Positions 28,262 to 37,851 of a stretch of 64,000 nt of DNA are shown one piece after another. Position numbers and translations under genes: made by a program. Every line of letters starts with the position of its first letter. The stretch's first letter is position 1. Origin of the DNA: a virus; the IMG/VR virus record IMGVR_UViG_3300009034_002371, positions 1 to 64,000 of that record. One strand, given 5' to 3'. Under the pieces are notes generated by a model, which was given only the letters and a program-made list of their open reading frames with translations, was not told where the DNA came from and did not search any database.

Positions 28262-28929
28262 TGCGGAATCTTATCCTCCTGGGGGCTAGTGGTAACGCCC
28301 GGGAGATACTTGACGTTGTTGATAGTATCAATAAACTGGCTTCCAAGCCTGTTTACAAATGCCTTGGTTTTCTTGACGATAACAACTCTCTCCATGGTGA
28401 AAAAGTTTGTGGTATCCCAGTTTTGGGACCCATAGTAGCTGCACAAGATTTTCCAGATGCTCATTTTGTAAATGCCATTGGAAGTGTTTCTACTTTTCTG
28501 CAACGAGAGTCCATTATTGAAGCTACTAGGATTCCCTTGGAAAGATTTGCTACGATAGTCCACCCTCTAGCGAGTGTTTCCCGGACTGCCTATGTAGGGC
28601 GAGGGACCGTAGTTCTTCCTCATGTATTCATAGGTTCCGATGCTAGAGTAGGAGATCATGTTCTTATATTGTCCGGCTCTGCTGTAAATCATGATGTGGT
28701 AGTCGGAGATTGTACATGTATTACAAGTGGTGCGTGTATCTCGGGCAAGGTAAAGATAGGCAGGTTGTGTTACTTGGGGACAAACTGCTCCCTCATAGGA
28801 AGTATCACTGTTAATGATTATGTGCTCATTGGTATGGGTAGTGTTGTACTTAAGGATGTTCCAAGAGGTTGGGCTGTTGTGGGTAACCCCGCTAGGTTTT
28901 TGAGATATACTGTAAGGGAGGAGATATGA
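28261..28929 (+). CDS. NeuD/PglD-family sugar acetyltransferase
   Basis: LILLGASGNAR...GFLDDN...AIG...IVHP + hexapeptide repeats + NHD + VVGNPAR. Confidence 0.9.
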   Translation: MRNLILLGASGNAREILDVVDSINKLASKPVYKCLGFLDDNNSLHGEKVCGIPVLGPIVAAQDFPDAHFVNAIGSVSTFLQRESIIEATRIPLERFATIVHPLASVSRTAYVGRGTVVLPHVFIGSDARVGDHVLILSGSAVNHDVVVGDCTCITSGACISGKVKIGRLCYLGTNCSLIGSITVNDYVLIGMGSVVLKDVPRGWAVVGNPARFLRYTVREEI

Positions 28930-29915
28930 ATATGGCGGAGAGGGTCAATGGTTGCGTTCTAATTACGGGTGCCGCTGGGCATATCGGCTCATCTATAGCT
29001 AGGGCACTGTTGGACGAGCCAGTAGATCAATTGGTACTTCTGGACAACTTTACTAAGGGGAGACGCGAGGATATTGTAGATGTTGTACGAGATCCTCGGG
29101 TACAATGTGTTTCGGGAGATATAAAGGATTCTGGGCTGCTCCATAGGCTCTTTGAAGATGTAGACTATGTTTTCCATCTGGCTGCTCTGTGGATTCGACA
29201 ATGTCAGGATTTTCCCTGTGCAGGGTTTGAGGTGAATATCAGGGGTACCTTTAATGTACTTGAAGCTGCTGCTGCCCAAGGGGTTAGGAGACTGGTGTTT
29301 GCATCAAGTTCTTCAGTTTACGGGACACCCGTTGAAACTCCAATAACGGAGGAACATCCATACAACCACAGAACCTTCTACGGCGCGTCAAAGGTTGCGG
29401 GGGAGCATTTATGTCGTGCTTTTAACGAGAAATACGGCTTGGATTATGTAGGGCTACGCTACATGAACGTTTATGGTCCAGGTCAAAGTTTTACCGGTAC
29501 TTATACAGCCGTGATATCAAAAATGCTGCAACGTATCGAACAGGGACAGCCTCTCATAATATACGGTACCGGACTCCAATCGCGAGACTTTACATATATA
29601 GATGATGCTGTAGATGCAAGTATCCTTGCACTGAAACATGGGGAATCGACCGCTATTTATAACGTTTGTACGGGTTCGGAAGTAACTGTAAAGGAACTGG
29701 CTGACCTTCTTCTGGAACTTACAGGCTCAGACGTGGGTACTGTACATGAAACTGAGGCGGAAGCCTTTTTGATTCGAAAAGTAGGTAGTACTGAGAAGGC
29801 AGAAAGGGGTTTAGGGTTCAAAGCGCAGGTACCTTTAAGGGAGGGACTGCAGCGCTTACTCCAATGGAGATCTAAACAGCGAGTGGAGGTGCCACATGAA
29901 AGTTCCGATAACTAG
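28926..29915 (+). CDS. NAD-dependent nucleotide-sugar epimerase/dehydratase (extended SDR)
   Basis: ITGAAGHIG, VFHLAA, SSSSVYG, YGASK, RYMNVYGP. Confidence 0.92.
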   Translation: MNMAERVNGCVLITGAAGHIGSSIARALLDEPVDQLVLLDNFTKGRREDIVDVVRDPRVQCVSGDIKDSGLLHRLFEDVDYVFHLAALWIRQCQDFPCAGFEVNIRGTFNVLEAAAAQGVRRLVFASSSSVYGTPVETPITEEHPYNHRTFYGASKVAGEHLCRAFNEKYGLDYVGLRYMNVYGPGQSFTGTYTAVISKMLQRIEQGQPLIIYGTGLQSRDFTYIDDAVDASILALKHGESTAIYNVCTGSEVTVKELADLLLELTGSDVGTVHETEAEAFLIRKVGSTEKAERGLGFKAQVPLREGLQRLLQWRSKQRVEVPHESSDN

Positions 29916-31047
29916 ACCGTTACTGTCAAAAGAGGAAGAGGAGGCTGTTGTCTCTGTGCTGCAGTCTGGATGGCTAGTTCAGGGAGCAAACGTCGAAGCC
30001 TTTGAGAAAGCTATTACTGAATATGTCGGTGGTGGATATGCTGTGGCAGTAAGTTCATGTACTACAGCACTTCACCTAGCTCTGATTCTGGGGGGTATTT
30101 CAAAGGGTGATGAAGTACTTGTTCCAGCCTTCACGCACACTGCGTCAGCCAATGTTATCGAATACCAGGGGGCCACGCCGGTGTTTGTAGATATCGATTT
30201 AAACACCTTTAACATGAGTACACGTGGCGTTGCAAAGTCTATTAGTAAGGACACGAAAGCAATCATGCCTGTACATCTGTTCGGGTTGTGTGCTGATATG
30301 AGTAGTATTTTGAATTTGGCCTCTAGGTATGATCTATTTGTTGTTGAGGATGCTGCCTGTGCTCTGGGAAGCTCTCTTGCGTTTTCAAAGGATGAAGAGA
30401 TCCGCTATGCGGGGACTATGGGAGTTGGCTGTTTCAGTTTCCACCCCCGCAAAGTTATTACAACAGGTGAAGGGGGCATACTGCTTACAGATCATCCAGA
30501 GATGGCTAGTGCGGCTCGTAGTTTACGAGCTTTTGGAATGGCTGCTTCAACCTATAAGCGACAGCAAGCTGAAACACCTGCTAATCCTACCTTTGAGAAT
30601 CTAGGTTACAATTATCGCATGACAGATATCCAGGGAGCCATAGGTGTAGTGCAAATGCGGAGGTTGGAAGGTATCATTGCGAAAAGGCATATGTTAGCAG
30701 CCCGTTACAATGAAGCATTATCGCATGTCCCGGGTATTCAACTTCCTATCGAGCCCATAGGTTATAAACACATCTATCAGTCGTACGTTCTCCTAATTAC
30801 AGAGGAGTTCCCGCTACCTAGAGATGAGGTTACTGAGAAGTTACACGGGCAAGGTGTTGCTACAAGATCGGGAGCTGAGGCTGTTCCGATGCTAGCTTAC
30901 TACTGTGAGAAGTATGGGTATACAGAGCAGGACTTCCCTAATGCTATAACTGCGGAAAAGTGTAGTTTGGTGCTACCGCTGTATCCCCAGATGACGGCCG
31001 AGGAGCAGGACTACGTTATAGAGGCTATATGGAGGCTTTCGTCATGA
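29896..31047 (+). CDS. DegT/DnrJ/EryC1/StrS PLP-dependent sugar aminotransferase
   Basis: SCTTALH, VHLFG, EDAACA, SFHPRKVITTGEGG, GYNYRMTD. Confidence 0.93.
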   Translation: MKVPITRPLLSKEEEEAVVSVLQSGWLVQGANVEAFEKAITEYVGGGYAVAVSSCTTALHLALILGGISKGDEVLVPAFTHTASANVIEYQGATPVFVDIDLNTFNMSTRGVAKSISKDTKAIMPVHLFGLCADMSSILNLASRYDLFVVEDAACALGSSLAFSKDEEIRYAGTMGVGCFSFHPRKVITTGEGGILLTDHPEMASAARSLRAFGMAASTYKRQQAETPANPTFENLGYNYRMTDIQGAIGVVQMRRLEGIIAKRHMLAARYNEALSHVPGIQLPIEPIGYKHIYQSYVLLITEEFPLPRDEVTEKLHGQGVATRSGAEAVPMLAYYCEKYGYTEQDFPNAITAEKCSLVLPLYPQMTAEEQDYVIEAIWRLSS

Positions 31048-31958
31048 CGATACCTGTGGGGCTTATAGGTTATGGGTATTGGGGGAAGATAGTTGCGAAG
31101 TACCTCGATGAGAATACTGACATAGATCTTAAGTGTATATGTAGTCTGGAGTATGAGATAGAAGACCGTTGGACTAAGGATCCCCTGCATATTTGGGCAG
31201 ATGATAAAATTGAAGCCGTATTCATAGTAACTCCTATAGAAACTCACTATGGATTGGTTAAGGAAGCTCTACACCAGGGAAAGCACGTCTTTTGTGAAAA
31301 GCCTCTCACCATGAAAGCGGCACATGCGAGAGAGCTTAAAGAGCTTGCGGAAGCCGGTAAGCTTATGTTGGTAACAGATCTTACATATACCTTCTCCCCC
31401 GCTCTCGAACTAGCCAAGTTCTATTTAGAGTCGGGTCGCATAGGAGATCTTCACCATGTCGAGCTTGCCTTAAAGAAGATGGGCAATCACAGCGAGAAGG
31501 ATGTACGTTGGGTGTTAGGACCTCATCTTCTTTCTATACTTGGGATGTTTCATCCTCTAGAGGACTTGCGATTCGATTGTAGTACCTATTTTAGTGTAGA
31601 CGGCAGAGCGGAAGCTTGTTCTATAGCGCTTGAGGATGGTTGTATAACCGGGCGTATAGATTTAAGTGCGAACTATCCCGAGAAGTGCAGGGAAGTTGTT
31701 CTGTATGGTAGTAAAGGTGCAATTATCTATCAGCCTGGAGGGAAGGAGTGGACGCTTCGACTATTACAGTATTCTGCAGCTACCAGAACCTCTACCAAGA
31801 TGCTATTACAGGATGTAACGGATATACACACAGATGAGCGTAATAATCTCCGTTATGCTGTTAAGTTTTTTACAGATGTTTTCTTTGGTCGTCAAGAGTC
31901 TAACATAGATGATGCTATACAGGTGACTAGTATACTGGAGCAGTTGGTACAGGAGTAA
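31044..31958 (+). CDS. Gfo/Idh/MocA oxidoreductase (WbpB-like sugar 3-dehydrogenase)
   Basis: IGYGYWG, TP..TH, GKHVFCEKP; adjacent to WbpD/WbpE-like genes. Confidence 0.85.
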   Translation: MTIPVGLIGYGYWGKIVAKYLDENTDIDLKCICSLEYEIEDRWTKDPLHIWADDKIEAVFIVTPIETHYGLVKEALHQGKHVFCEKPLTMKAAHARELKELAEAGKLMLVTDLTYTFSPALELAKFYLESGRIGDLHHVELALKKMGNHSEKDVRWVLGPHLLSILGMFHPLEDLRFDCSTYFSVDGRAEACSIALEDGCITGRIDLSANYPEKCREVVLYGSKGAIIYQPGGKEWTLRLLQYSAATRTSTKMLLQDVTDIHTDERNNLRYAVKFFTDVFFGRQESNIDDAIQVTSILEQLVQE

Positions 31959-31965
31959 AAAGAGC

Positions 31966-32565
31966 GTGAGTGACTATTTCGTACACGAATCAGCATATGT
32001 TGAAGAGGGTGCTATCGTTGGTGAGGGAACAAAGGTATGGCATTTCAGTCATGTGATGAGTGGCGCCCAGATTGGTAATAACTGTTTACTTGGACAAAGT
32101 GTCTTTATCGATAAAAGGGCGAAGATAGGCAATAACGTAAAGATAATGAATAATGTTTCAGTTTATGATTTGGTAACAATTGAGGATAATGTATTCTGTG
32201 GGCCGTCGATGGTATTTACTAACGTCAAGAATCCTCGCGCGGAGATACAGAGGCGCCTGAGCGAGTACCTGCCTACTGTGGTAAAGCGCGGTGCTACTAT
32301 AGGTGCTAATGCGACGGTTGTATGCGGAAATACTATCGGGCGGTATGCTTTCATAGGTGCAGGTTCTGTGGTGACTAAGGATATTCCTGATTATGCTGTG
32401 GCATATGGGAATCCGGCTCGTGTAGATGGATGGATGTGTGAATGTGGTGAGGAGCTAAATTTCACGCCCGAATATGCTATTGCTACATGTGTTAAATGTA
32501 ACAAGAAGTATAAGAAACGTGTGCAGATTGTAGAACGCCATTGGGGTGATACGGAGAGGAGCTGA
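31966..32565 (+). CDS. wbpD: WbpD-like hexapeptide N-acetyltransferase
   Basis: YFVHESAYV..GA.VG.GTK.WHFSH...GPSMVFTNV.NPR...GNPAR..GWMCECG. Confidence 0.85.
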   Translation: MSDYFVHESAYVEEGAIVGEGTKVWHFSHVMSGAQIGNNCLLGQSVFIDKRAKIGNNVKIMNNVSVYDLVTIEDNVFCGPSMVFTNVKNPRAEIQRRLSEYLPTVVKRGATIGANATVVCGNTIGRYAFIGAGSVVTKDIPDYAVAYGNPARVDGWMCECGEELNFTPEYAIATCVKCNKKYKKRVQIVERHWGDTERS

Positions 32566-32567
32566 GA

Positions 32568-33686
32568 ATGATTGTCCCTTTTGTAGATCTAAAAGCGCAA
32601 TACTTATCGATCAAAGACGAGATCGATGCAGCTATACAGTCTGTGATAGACAATACGTCTTTCATTATGGGTGCGGATGTTTTCGAGTTCGAAAAGGAGT
32701 TTGCTGAATTCTGTGGTGCTAAATACGCAGTTGGTGTAGCCTCCGGTTCAGCTGCCCTAGATCTAGCTTTAATAGCCTGTGGTATAAGACAAGGCGATGA
32801 GGTTATAACAACACCGAACACCTTTATAGCGACGGCTGAGGCTATTAGTCATGTGGGTGCTAAACCTGTTTTCATAGATATTGAAAACGTTAGCTATAAT
32901 ATGGATCCTGAACTGCTTGAAGCCGCTCTTACCCCCAGAACTAGAGCAGTTATTCCAGTCCATCTGTTTGGACATCCCGTTGACATGGATCCCATAAGTG
33001 CTATTGCACATAGACACGATCTAGTAGTTATTGAGGACGCTGCACAGGCTCATGGGGCGGTATATAAAAATCGTGTTGTTGGTACACTGGGGAGGGCGGC
33101 CTGTTTTAGTTTCTACCCAGCCAAGAACCTCGGCGCTTATGGCGATGCAGGGATGGTTGTAACAAATGATGAGGGGATAGCTAGACGGGTGAAACTCCTT
33201 AGGAATCACGGACGTGTGGAGAAATACCGTTATGACATTGAAGGTTACGGTGCTCGATTGGATACGATTCAAGCAGCTATATTACGTGTAAAGTTAAGGT
33301 ATTTGGAGCAGTGGACGAGTGAACGCAGAGTGAACGCGCAGATATACAATAGCTGTTTGAAGGCTAACGGGTTAGGTATAGAGATACCTAAAGAGGCACA
33401 CCGCTCAAAACATGTGTATCATCTCTATGTAATCAAAACTGATGAACGAGATAATTTACGTACATCGCTAAGGGGCGCAAGTATTGCTACTGGGGTACAC
33501 TATCCCATTCCCCTGCACCTGCAGCCCGCTTATAAGTACCTGGGTTATAAGGAGGGGGACTTTCCTGTAACGGAGGAACTAGCACAGAGGTGTCTTTCTT
33601 TGCCGATGTTTCCTGAGCTTACGGAAGAGAGCATTGTGTATGTTACTTCGTCTATGTTGCAATTATTGGAAGGGAGACTTTCGTAG
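32568..33686 (+). CDS. DegT-family aminotransferase (WbpE-like)
   Basis: PFVDLKAQY, EDAAQAHGA, SFYPAKNLGAYGDAG, RLDTIQAA, HYPIPLHLQ. Confidence 0.93.
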   Translation: MIVPFVDLKAQYLSIKDEIDAAIQSVIDNTSFIMGADVFEFEKEFAEFCGAKYAVGVASGSAALDLALIACGIRQGDEVITTPNTFIATAEAISHVGAKPVFIDIENVSYNMDPELLEAALTPRTRAVIPVHLFGHPVDMDPISAIAHRHDLVVIEDAAQAHGAVYKNRVVGTLGRAACFSFYPAKNLGAYGDAGMVVTNDEGIARRVKLLRNHGRVEKYRYDIEGYGARLDTIQAAILRVKLRYLEQWTSERRVNAQIYNSCLKANGLGIEIPKEAHRSKHVYHLYVIKTDERDNLRTSLRGASIATGVHYPIPLHLQPAYKYLGYKEGDFPVTEELAQRCLSLPMFPELTEESIVYVTSSMLQLLEGRLS

Positions 33687-33688
33687 AT

Positions 33689-34624
33689 ATGAGAGTTTTG
33701 TTCTTATCTAGAATTGTGCCAAAGAAGGTAGAACATAGACCATCTAATTTTCAAAAACGTGTAAACCTTATGCCGTGTGAGATAATCCAATGTACTTCCC
33801 CGAGTGCTGTACATGAATATGCTGAAACTGCCGATGTTATATTGGTGAACTCTTGGAGCCATGTTTCCTGGTTGTCGGAGGTTAGGTTCATTACTGACCT
33901 TCCTGCACTTACAGGAGCAATTTATGATCAGGTATGGGTACGGAAAGTAACAAGGAATACCCTACAGTTTGATGTACGTATTGGCTTCTATCGGGAGCTT
34001 ATGCAGAGATTTGCTCCCCACTGGATGGAACAGTTTTTCTGGTCGCCGTACTGTGTGGATATACGAGAGTATGGTACTCCGCGTGATATTGATACTCTGT
34101 TTTGGGGAAAATCTGGTAGCGGTCATAAGTTTCGAAACTTTGTGGATATGACTCTAAGGAAATATTGTATTGGAGAGGGGGAAAAAGTAGATTCGCGTTT
34201 GACAATGCATGACATAGTGATTGGTGAACGGGAGTACAGACACGCACGACTTATGAGGAAACCTCCTACTCCGTATCGTGGGGATCTGAATCTATATCCG
34301 CTAATAGGAAGAACTAAGATTTGTCCAACAGGTCCAGCACATAATGCTCCAGTTGCTAAGTTTTTCGAAAATGCTGCTTGTGGCGCTGTAAATTTGACTT
34401 GTGACTTTACCGATAGAGAGGCTCTAGGTTTCGAACATAAAAAGAACATCTGGATTACAGATATGGGACACTTTACAGATGATCTTGTCTACCTACTGGA
34501 GCATGACGATATCCGAGAAGAGATCTCGAGGAATGCAAGAGAGCTTATAGAGACTCGACATACTCCAGCCATCCGTGCGCAGGAGTTATATGAGTTCTTG
34601 TGTAAACGCTCAGGGGTGGTGTAG
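33689..34624 (+). CDS. CgeB-like / Glyco_trans_1_2 glycosyltransferase
   Basis: Same paralog motifs (KFFENAACG). Confidence 0.8.
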   Translation: MRVLFLSRIVPKKVEHRPSNFQKRVNLMPCEIIQCTSPSAVHEYAETADVILVNSWSHVSWLSEVRFITDLPALTGAIYDQVWVRKVTRNTLQFDVRIGFYRELMQRFAPHWMEQFFWSPYCVDIREYGTPRDIDTLFWGKSGSGHKFRNFVDMTLRKYCIGEGEKVDSRLTMHDIVIGEREYRHARLMRKPPTPYRGDLNLYPLIGRTKICPTGPAHNAPVAKFFENAACGAVNLTCDFTDREALGFEHKKNIWITDMGHFTDDLVYLLEHDDIREEISRNARELIETRHTPAIRAQELYEFLCKRSGVV

Positions 34625-36587
34625 CTGTGAAGGTGTTATTTTGTACTACATTCAGAGCTCGGAGGACAAGACCTACAGCAAAGGCTCCTATGTTGGAGCG
34701 GCTACCATGTGAGTATGTAGAATGTGGTAGCTTGCGGCAGGTTGAGAAGCATATAGATACTGCAGATGTTGTATTGTTAGATTGGCGACCTGGCTGGGTC
34801 AAGTTTTGGAGGCAGCTTGATTTCCTTAACGATTTACCCGTGCTTGTAGGCCGGTTTCATGGTGATATATGGCAGAAGCTAGAGCGCCCTGCGGGAGATT
34901 TGAAATTTGATGTTCATCTATCTCCTTTTTTGGAGGGTGCACGACTTCTTGCACCTCATATAAAGTTTATTGATTGGCTAGATAAGATGCATTGGGTTCC
35001 GGCCTGCGTAGACGTTCCAAAGTACCAAGTATCGAAAGATATCGATATCTTATTCTGGGGTAGCCTCTCGAGCCATGTGTATTCGTTTAGAAGTTTTGCA
35101 AGCAAGACTCTGAGGAAGATGATTGTTAAAGATTATAAAGTACCGGGCAGTGTACGTGCTTTTGATGTACGTATTGACGATCATATTTATAACTATTCAT
35201 ATCTGAGTTACTCACATAGTGACTATATAGGGGACAAGTTGTTTAAGTTACTATCTAGAGTTAAGATATGTCCGACGGGTCCAGCACTTATGTGTGGAGT
35301 TAGCTTACCCGTTGGAAAGTTTCTCGAAAATGCTGTTTGTGGTGCTGTGAATTTGACTTGTGACTTTACTGACAGGAAAGCTTTAGGTTTCGAACATAAA
35401 AAGAACATCTGGATCACAGATACAAAACGCTTTACAGATGATCTTGTCTACCTACTGGAGCATGACGATATCCGAGAAGAGATCTCGAGGAATGCAAGAG
35501 AGCTTATAGAGACTCGACATACTCGGGATGTTAGAGCTCAGGAGCTGTATACGTTTCTGTGTGATAAAACAAGTAGCTCTCGTCCTGGTAAAAAGGTCTC
35601 TCAGAGTTTGCCAAAATTAGAGGAGTTGGTAGTTGTCTTTTCGTCTACGTATAATGGTAGCAGAGGACCCTATGCAACTCATGTACACGGTATGTTGGGA
35701 CACCTTCCATGTAAGTTTGTAACCTGTACCTCGGTGGGTGCTGTTCGAAAACAGATTGAAGCAGGTGCTGGTGTTGTTATACTGGACAAAGGGCCCCGGT
35801 TTACTCCCGATTGGAATGGGCATACATTTCTTAACGAGTTACCGGTGTTTGTATCTAGAATTTACAATGATACCTGGCATCCCGTAGAGCAAGATCCTGG
35901 TAACGTGCGGCTTGATGCTCTTTTTGTCCAGTATTTTGAATCGTCGAAACGGACTCGACCAGAGCTTGCAGATAAAATGGTTCAAGTTCCTCCTAGCGTG
36001 GATGTATATGATTTAGAGCCTGTTCGTGATATTGATATACTGTCCTGGGGGGGCATTAGCCAACATTATCGGCTTCGTAGGCTTATTCGTCAATGGCTAC
36101 AAAAGCGAGTAGTTGGGGAGTTGGATATAGTTGATGAGTATTTAACGATCTACGAAGTTAAGCTTAATGGTAGGCGTTATAGATATGCACTTTTACATAA
36201 GTGCCGATCTGGTCTGTATACGGGGAAGAACTTGTTTAAGTTGATTGCACGTTCGAAAGTTTGTCCTACGGGTACCATGAACATCCGAAATTGTTACTAT
36301 CCCCCGCTTGGTAAATACTTTGAAAATCCTGCAGCTGGGGCGGTTATGCTAAGTAACGAGTTTAGTGACAGGGAATCTCTGGGTTTTGAACATGGAAAGA
36401 ATATCTGGATTTTAGAGGAAGGACAGTTTGTAGATAGTGTGGCTGAGGATTATTTTATAGAAAATCTCGTTTATCTGTTGGAACATGACGATATCCGAGA
36501 AGAGATCTCGAGGAATGCAAGAGAGCTTATAGAGACTCGACATACTCGGGATGTTAGAGCTCAGGAGCTGTATACGTTTCTGTGTGA
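34471..36587 (+). repeat. Identical dispersed repeats in CgeB-like C-termini
   Basis: 34471-34565 = 35430-35524 (95 bp); 35461-35564 = 36484-36587 (104 bp), compared by eye. Confidence 0.85.
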
Positions 36588-36606
36588 GGAGACGAGAAAG
36601 AGATAG
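34627..36606 (+). CDS. Tandem double CgeB-like glycosyltransferase
   Basis: Two full copies of the paralog domain in one ORF. Confidence 0.8.
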   Translation: MKVLFCTTFRARRTRPTAKAPMLERLPCEYVECGSLRQVEKHIDTADVVLLDWRPGWVKFWRQLDFLNDLPVLVGRFHGDIWQKLERPAGDLKFDVHLSPFLEGARLLAPHIKFIDWLDKMHWVPACVDVPKYQVSKDIDILFWGSLSSHVYSFRSFASKTLRKMIVKDYKVPGSVRAFDVRIDDHIYNYSYLSYSHSDYIGDKLFKLLSRVKICPTGPALMCGVSLPVGKFLENAVCGAVNLTCDFTDRKALGFEHKKNIWITDTKRFTDDLVYLLEHDDIREEISRNARELIETRHTRDVRAQELYTFLCDKTSSSRPGKKVSQSLPKLEELVVVFSSTYNGSRGPYATHVHGMLGHLPCKFVTCTSVGAVRKQIEAGAGVVILDKGPRFTPDWNGHTFLNELPVFVSRIYNDTWHPVEQDPGNVRLDALFVQYFESSKRTRPELADKMVQVPPSVDVYDLEPVRDIDILSWGGISQHYRLRRLIRQWLQKRVVGELDIVDEYLTIYEVKLNGRRYRYALLHKCRSGLYTGKNLFKLIARSKVCPTGTMNIRNCYYPPLGKYFENPAAGAVMLSNEFSDRESLGFEHGKNIWILEEGQFVDSVAEDYFIENLVYLLEHDDIREEISRNARELIETRHTRDVRAQELYTFLCEETRKR

Positions 36607-36730
36607 TTTAGACTAGAGTGAATAGGGGAGATAACAATTCCGATGGATTGTTACTATGCTCACGATATTGTCGAGCATTGTCATCGGTCAACTGCAGAAA
36701 CACGGAGTTGTCTTCACTAAGTGACCAAAG

Positions 36731-36744
36731 TGTGTAATAATAAT
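36731..36744 (+). promoter_or_regulatory. Putative promoter motif TGTGTAATAATAAT, copy 2
   Basis: Identical to 20258-20271; ~20 nt upstream of ATG 36765. Confidence 0.5.
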
Positions 36745-36764
36745 CGAGCGGAGAGGAGAGCACA

Positions 36765-37169
36765 ATGATACAAATTAGGAAACATCCAGATGTTGAAGCA
36801 GCCCTGTATATATCGGGCTTGGATGTTAAATTACCTGCGGACCACTCGTGGGTAACTATATCTAGTCGCTTCTCTGTCGATGAGATTGAAGGTTCGAAGA
36901 ACCTTGAGGATGCCCTCAGGGTGAAATTCATTGAGATGCGAATTGACGGAGACTATAGCGATGCTCCTAGTTGGTTTCTCGAATCGTACGCCGATGCTGT
37001 ACGTGTCCCGGTTGAGGTTCTGGACGATAATGAGTTGACAGCTGTGCAAAAACTGGAGAGTCTTAAAGCGTCTGCTCATCCTATTATGTGGGCTATTATA
37101 CGTTCAGAACTGTTTAATGTAGAGAGTGAAGGGCGAAATCGCCCTACCGTGCTTAATATGTTGCGATAG
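36765..37169 (+). CDS. Hypothetical small virion-associated protein
   Basis: GAGGAG RBS; SKNLEDAL motif; C-terminal E..G.NR.TVL..L motif of the kind seen in phage proteins encoded near capsid genes. Confidence 0.6.
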   Translation: MIQIRKHPDVEAALYISGLDVKLPADHSWVTISSRFSVDEIEGSKNLEDALRVKFIEMRIDGDYSDAPSWFLESYADAVRVPVEVLDDNELTAVQKLESLKASAHPIMWAIIRSELFNVESEGRNRPTVLNMLR

Positions 37170-37186
37170 GTGTGCGAGGTAGAGAT

Positions 37187-37813
37187 ATGAGGGAGTTTGA
37201 TTACGACGCTGCATATTTTGAAAATATGTTGCATATGTATAGCGGGTCGGCCGGGAAGATTGCTGAGACCCGCTGGGACTTTGTTAAAGAAGCGGGGGCC
37301 CGTACAATTTTGGATTTTGGGTGTGGTTGTAACTTTATGACTATATTCGCTCCTGATGGAACTGATGTGGATTCATACGATATAGGGCATATCGACGATA
37401 ATCCATATCCGCAAACTGGTATACGCCGTGATCATTATGATTTGGTCCTTTTCCATGATGTGTTGGAGCATATTGACTGGGAGAATAATCCAGATGCGAA
37501 GATAGAGGAGATAGTCCAGAAGACACGGTGGATATCTGTAACTGTTCCTATGTTACCCGATGGACAGCCACTAGAGGAATGGAAGCACTATAAGCCAGGT
37601 GAACACCTGACTTACTTTACGGGAGAATCTCTCGACAAGTTTTTTGAGGAGCGTGGGTTCGTGAAAGCAAAAAGTGGGTATCCGGAATGCCCACCACGTA
37701 TAGATATTTTGTCGGTGCTTTATAGGAGGGAGGATGAACCTCTTCGGGCATCACAATCCTCAGCTACTTCGACGTCTAGTATTCCTGAAACTAGAAAAGT
37801 ATCTGAGGTGTGA
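37187..37813 (+). CDS. Class I SAM-dependent methyltransferase
   Basis: ILDFGCG, YDLVLFHDVLEHI, EHL.YF. Confidence 0.85.
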   Translation: MREFDYDAAYFENMLHMYSGSAGKIAETRWDFVKEAGARTILDFGCGCNFMTIFAPDGTDVDSYDIGHIDDNPYPQTGIRRDHYDLVLFHDVLEHIDWENNPDAKIEEIVQKTRWISVTVPMLPDGQPLEEWKHYKPGEHLTYFTGESLDKFFEERGFVKAKSGYPECPPRIDILSVLYRREDEPLRASQSSATSTSSIPETRKVSEV

Positions 37814-37851
37814 AGTAAGAGCGGAGGCAAATAACGCTCAAGGAGGCGTAA

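Noticed and set aside
34471-36587. Diversity-generating retroelement template/variable repeat pair
   Set aside because: Copies are identical rather than differing at adenines, and no reverse transcriptase is present
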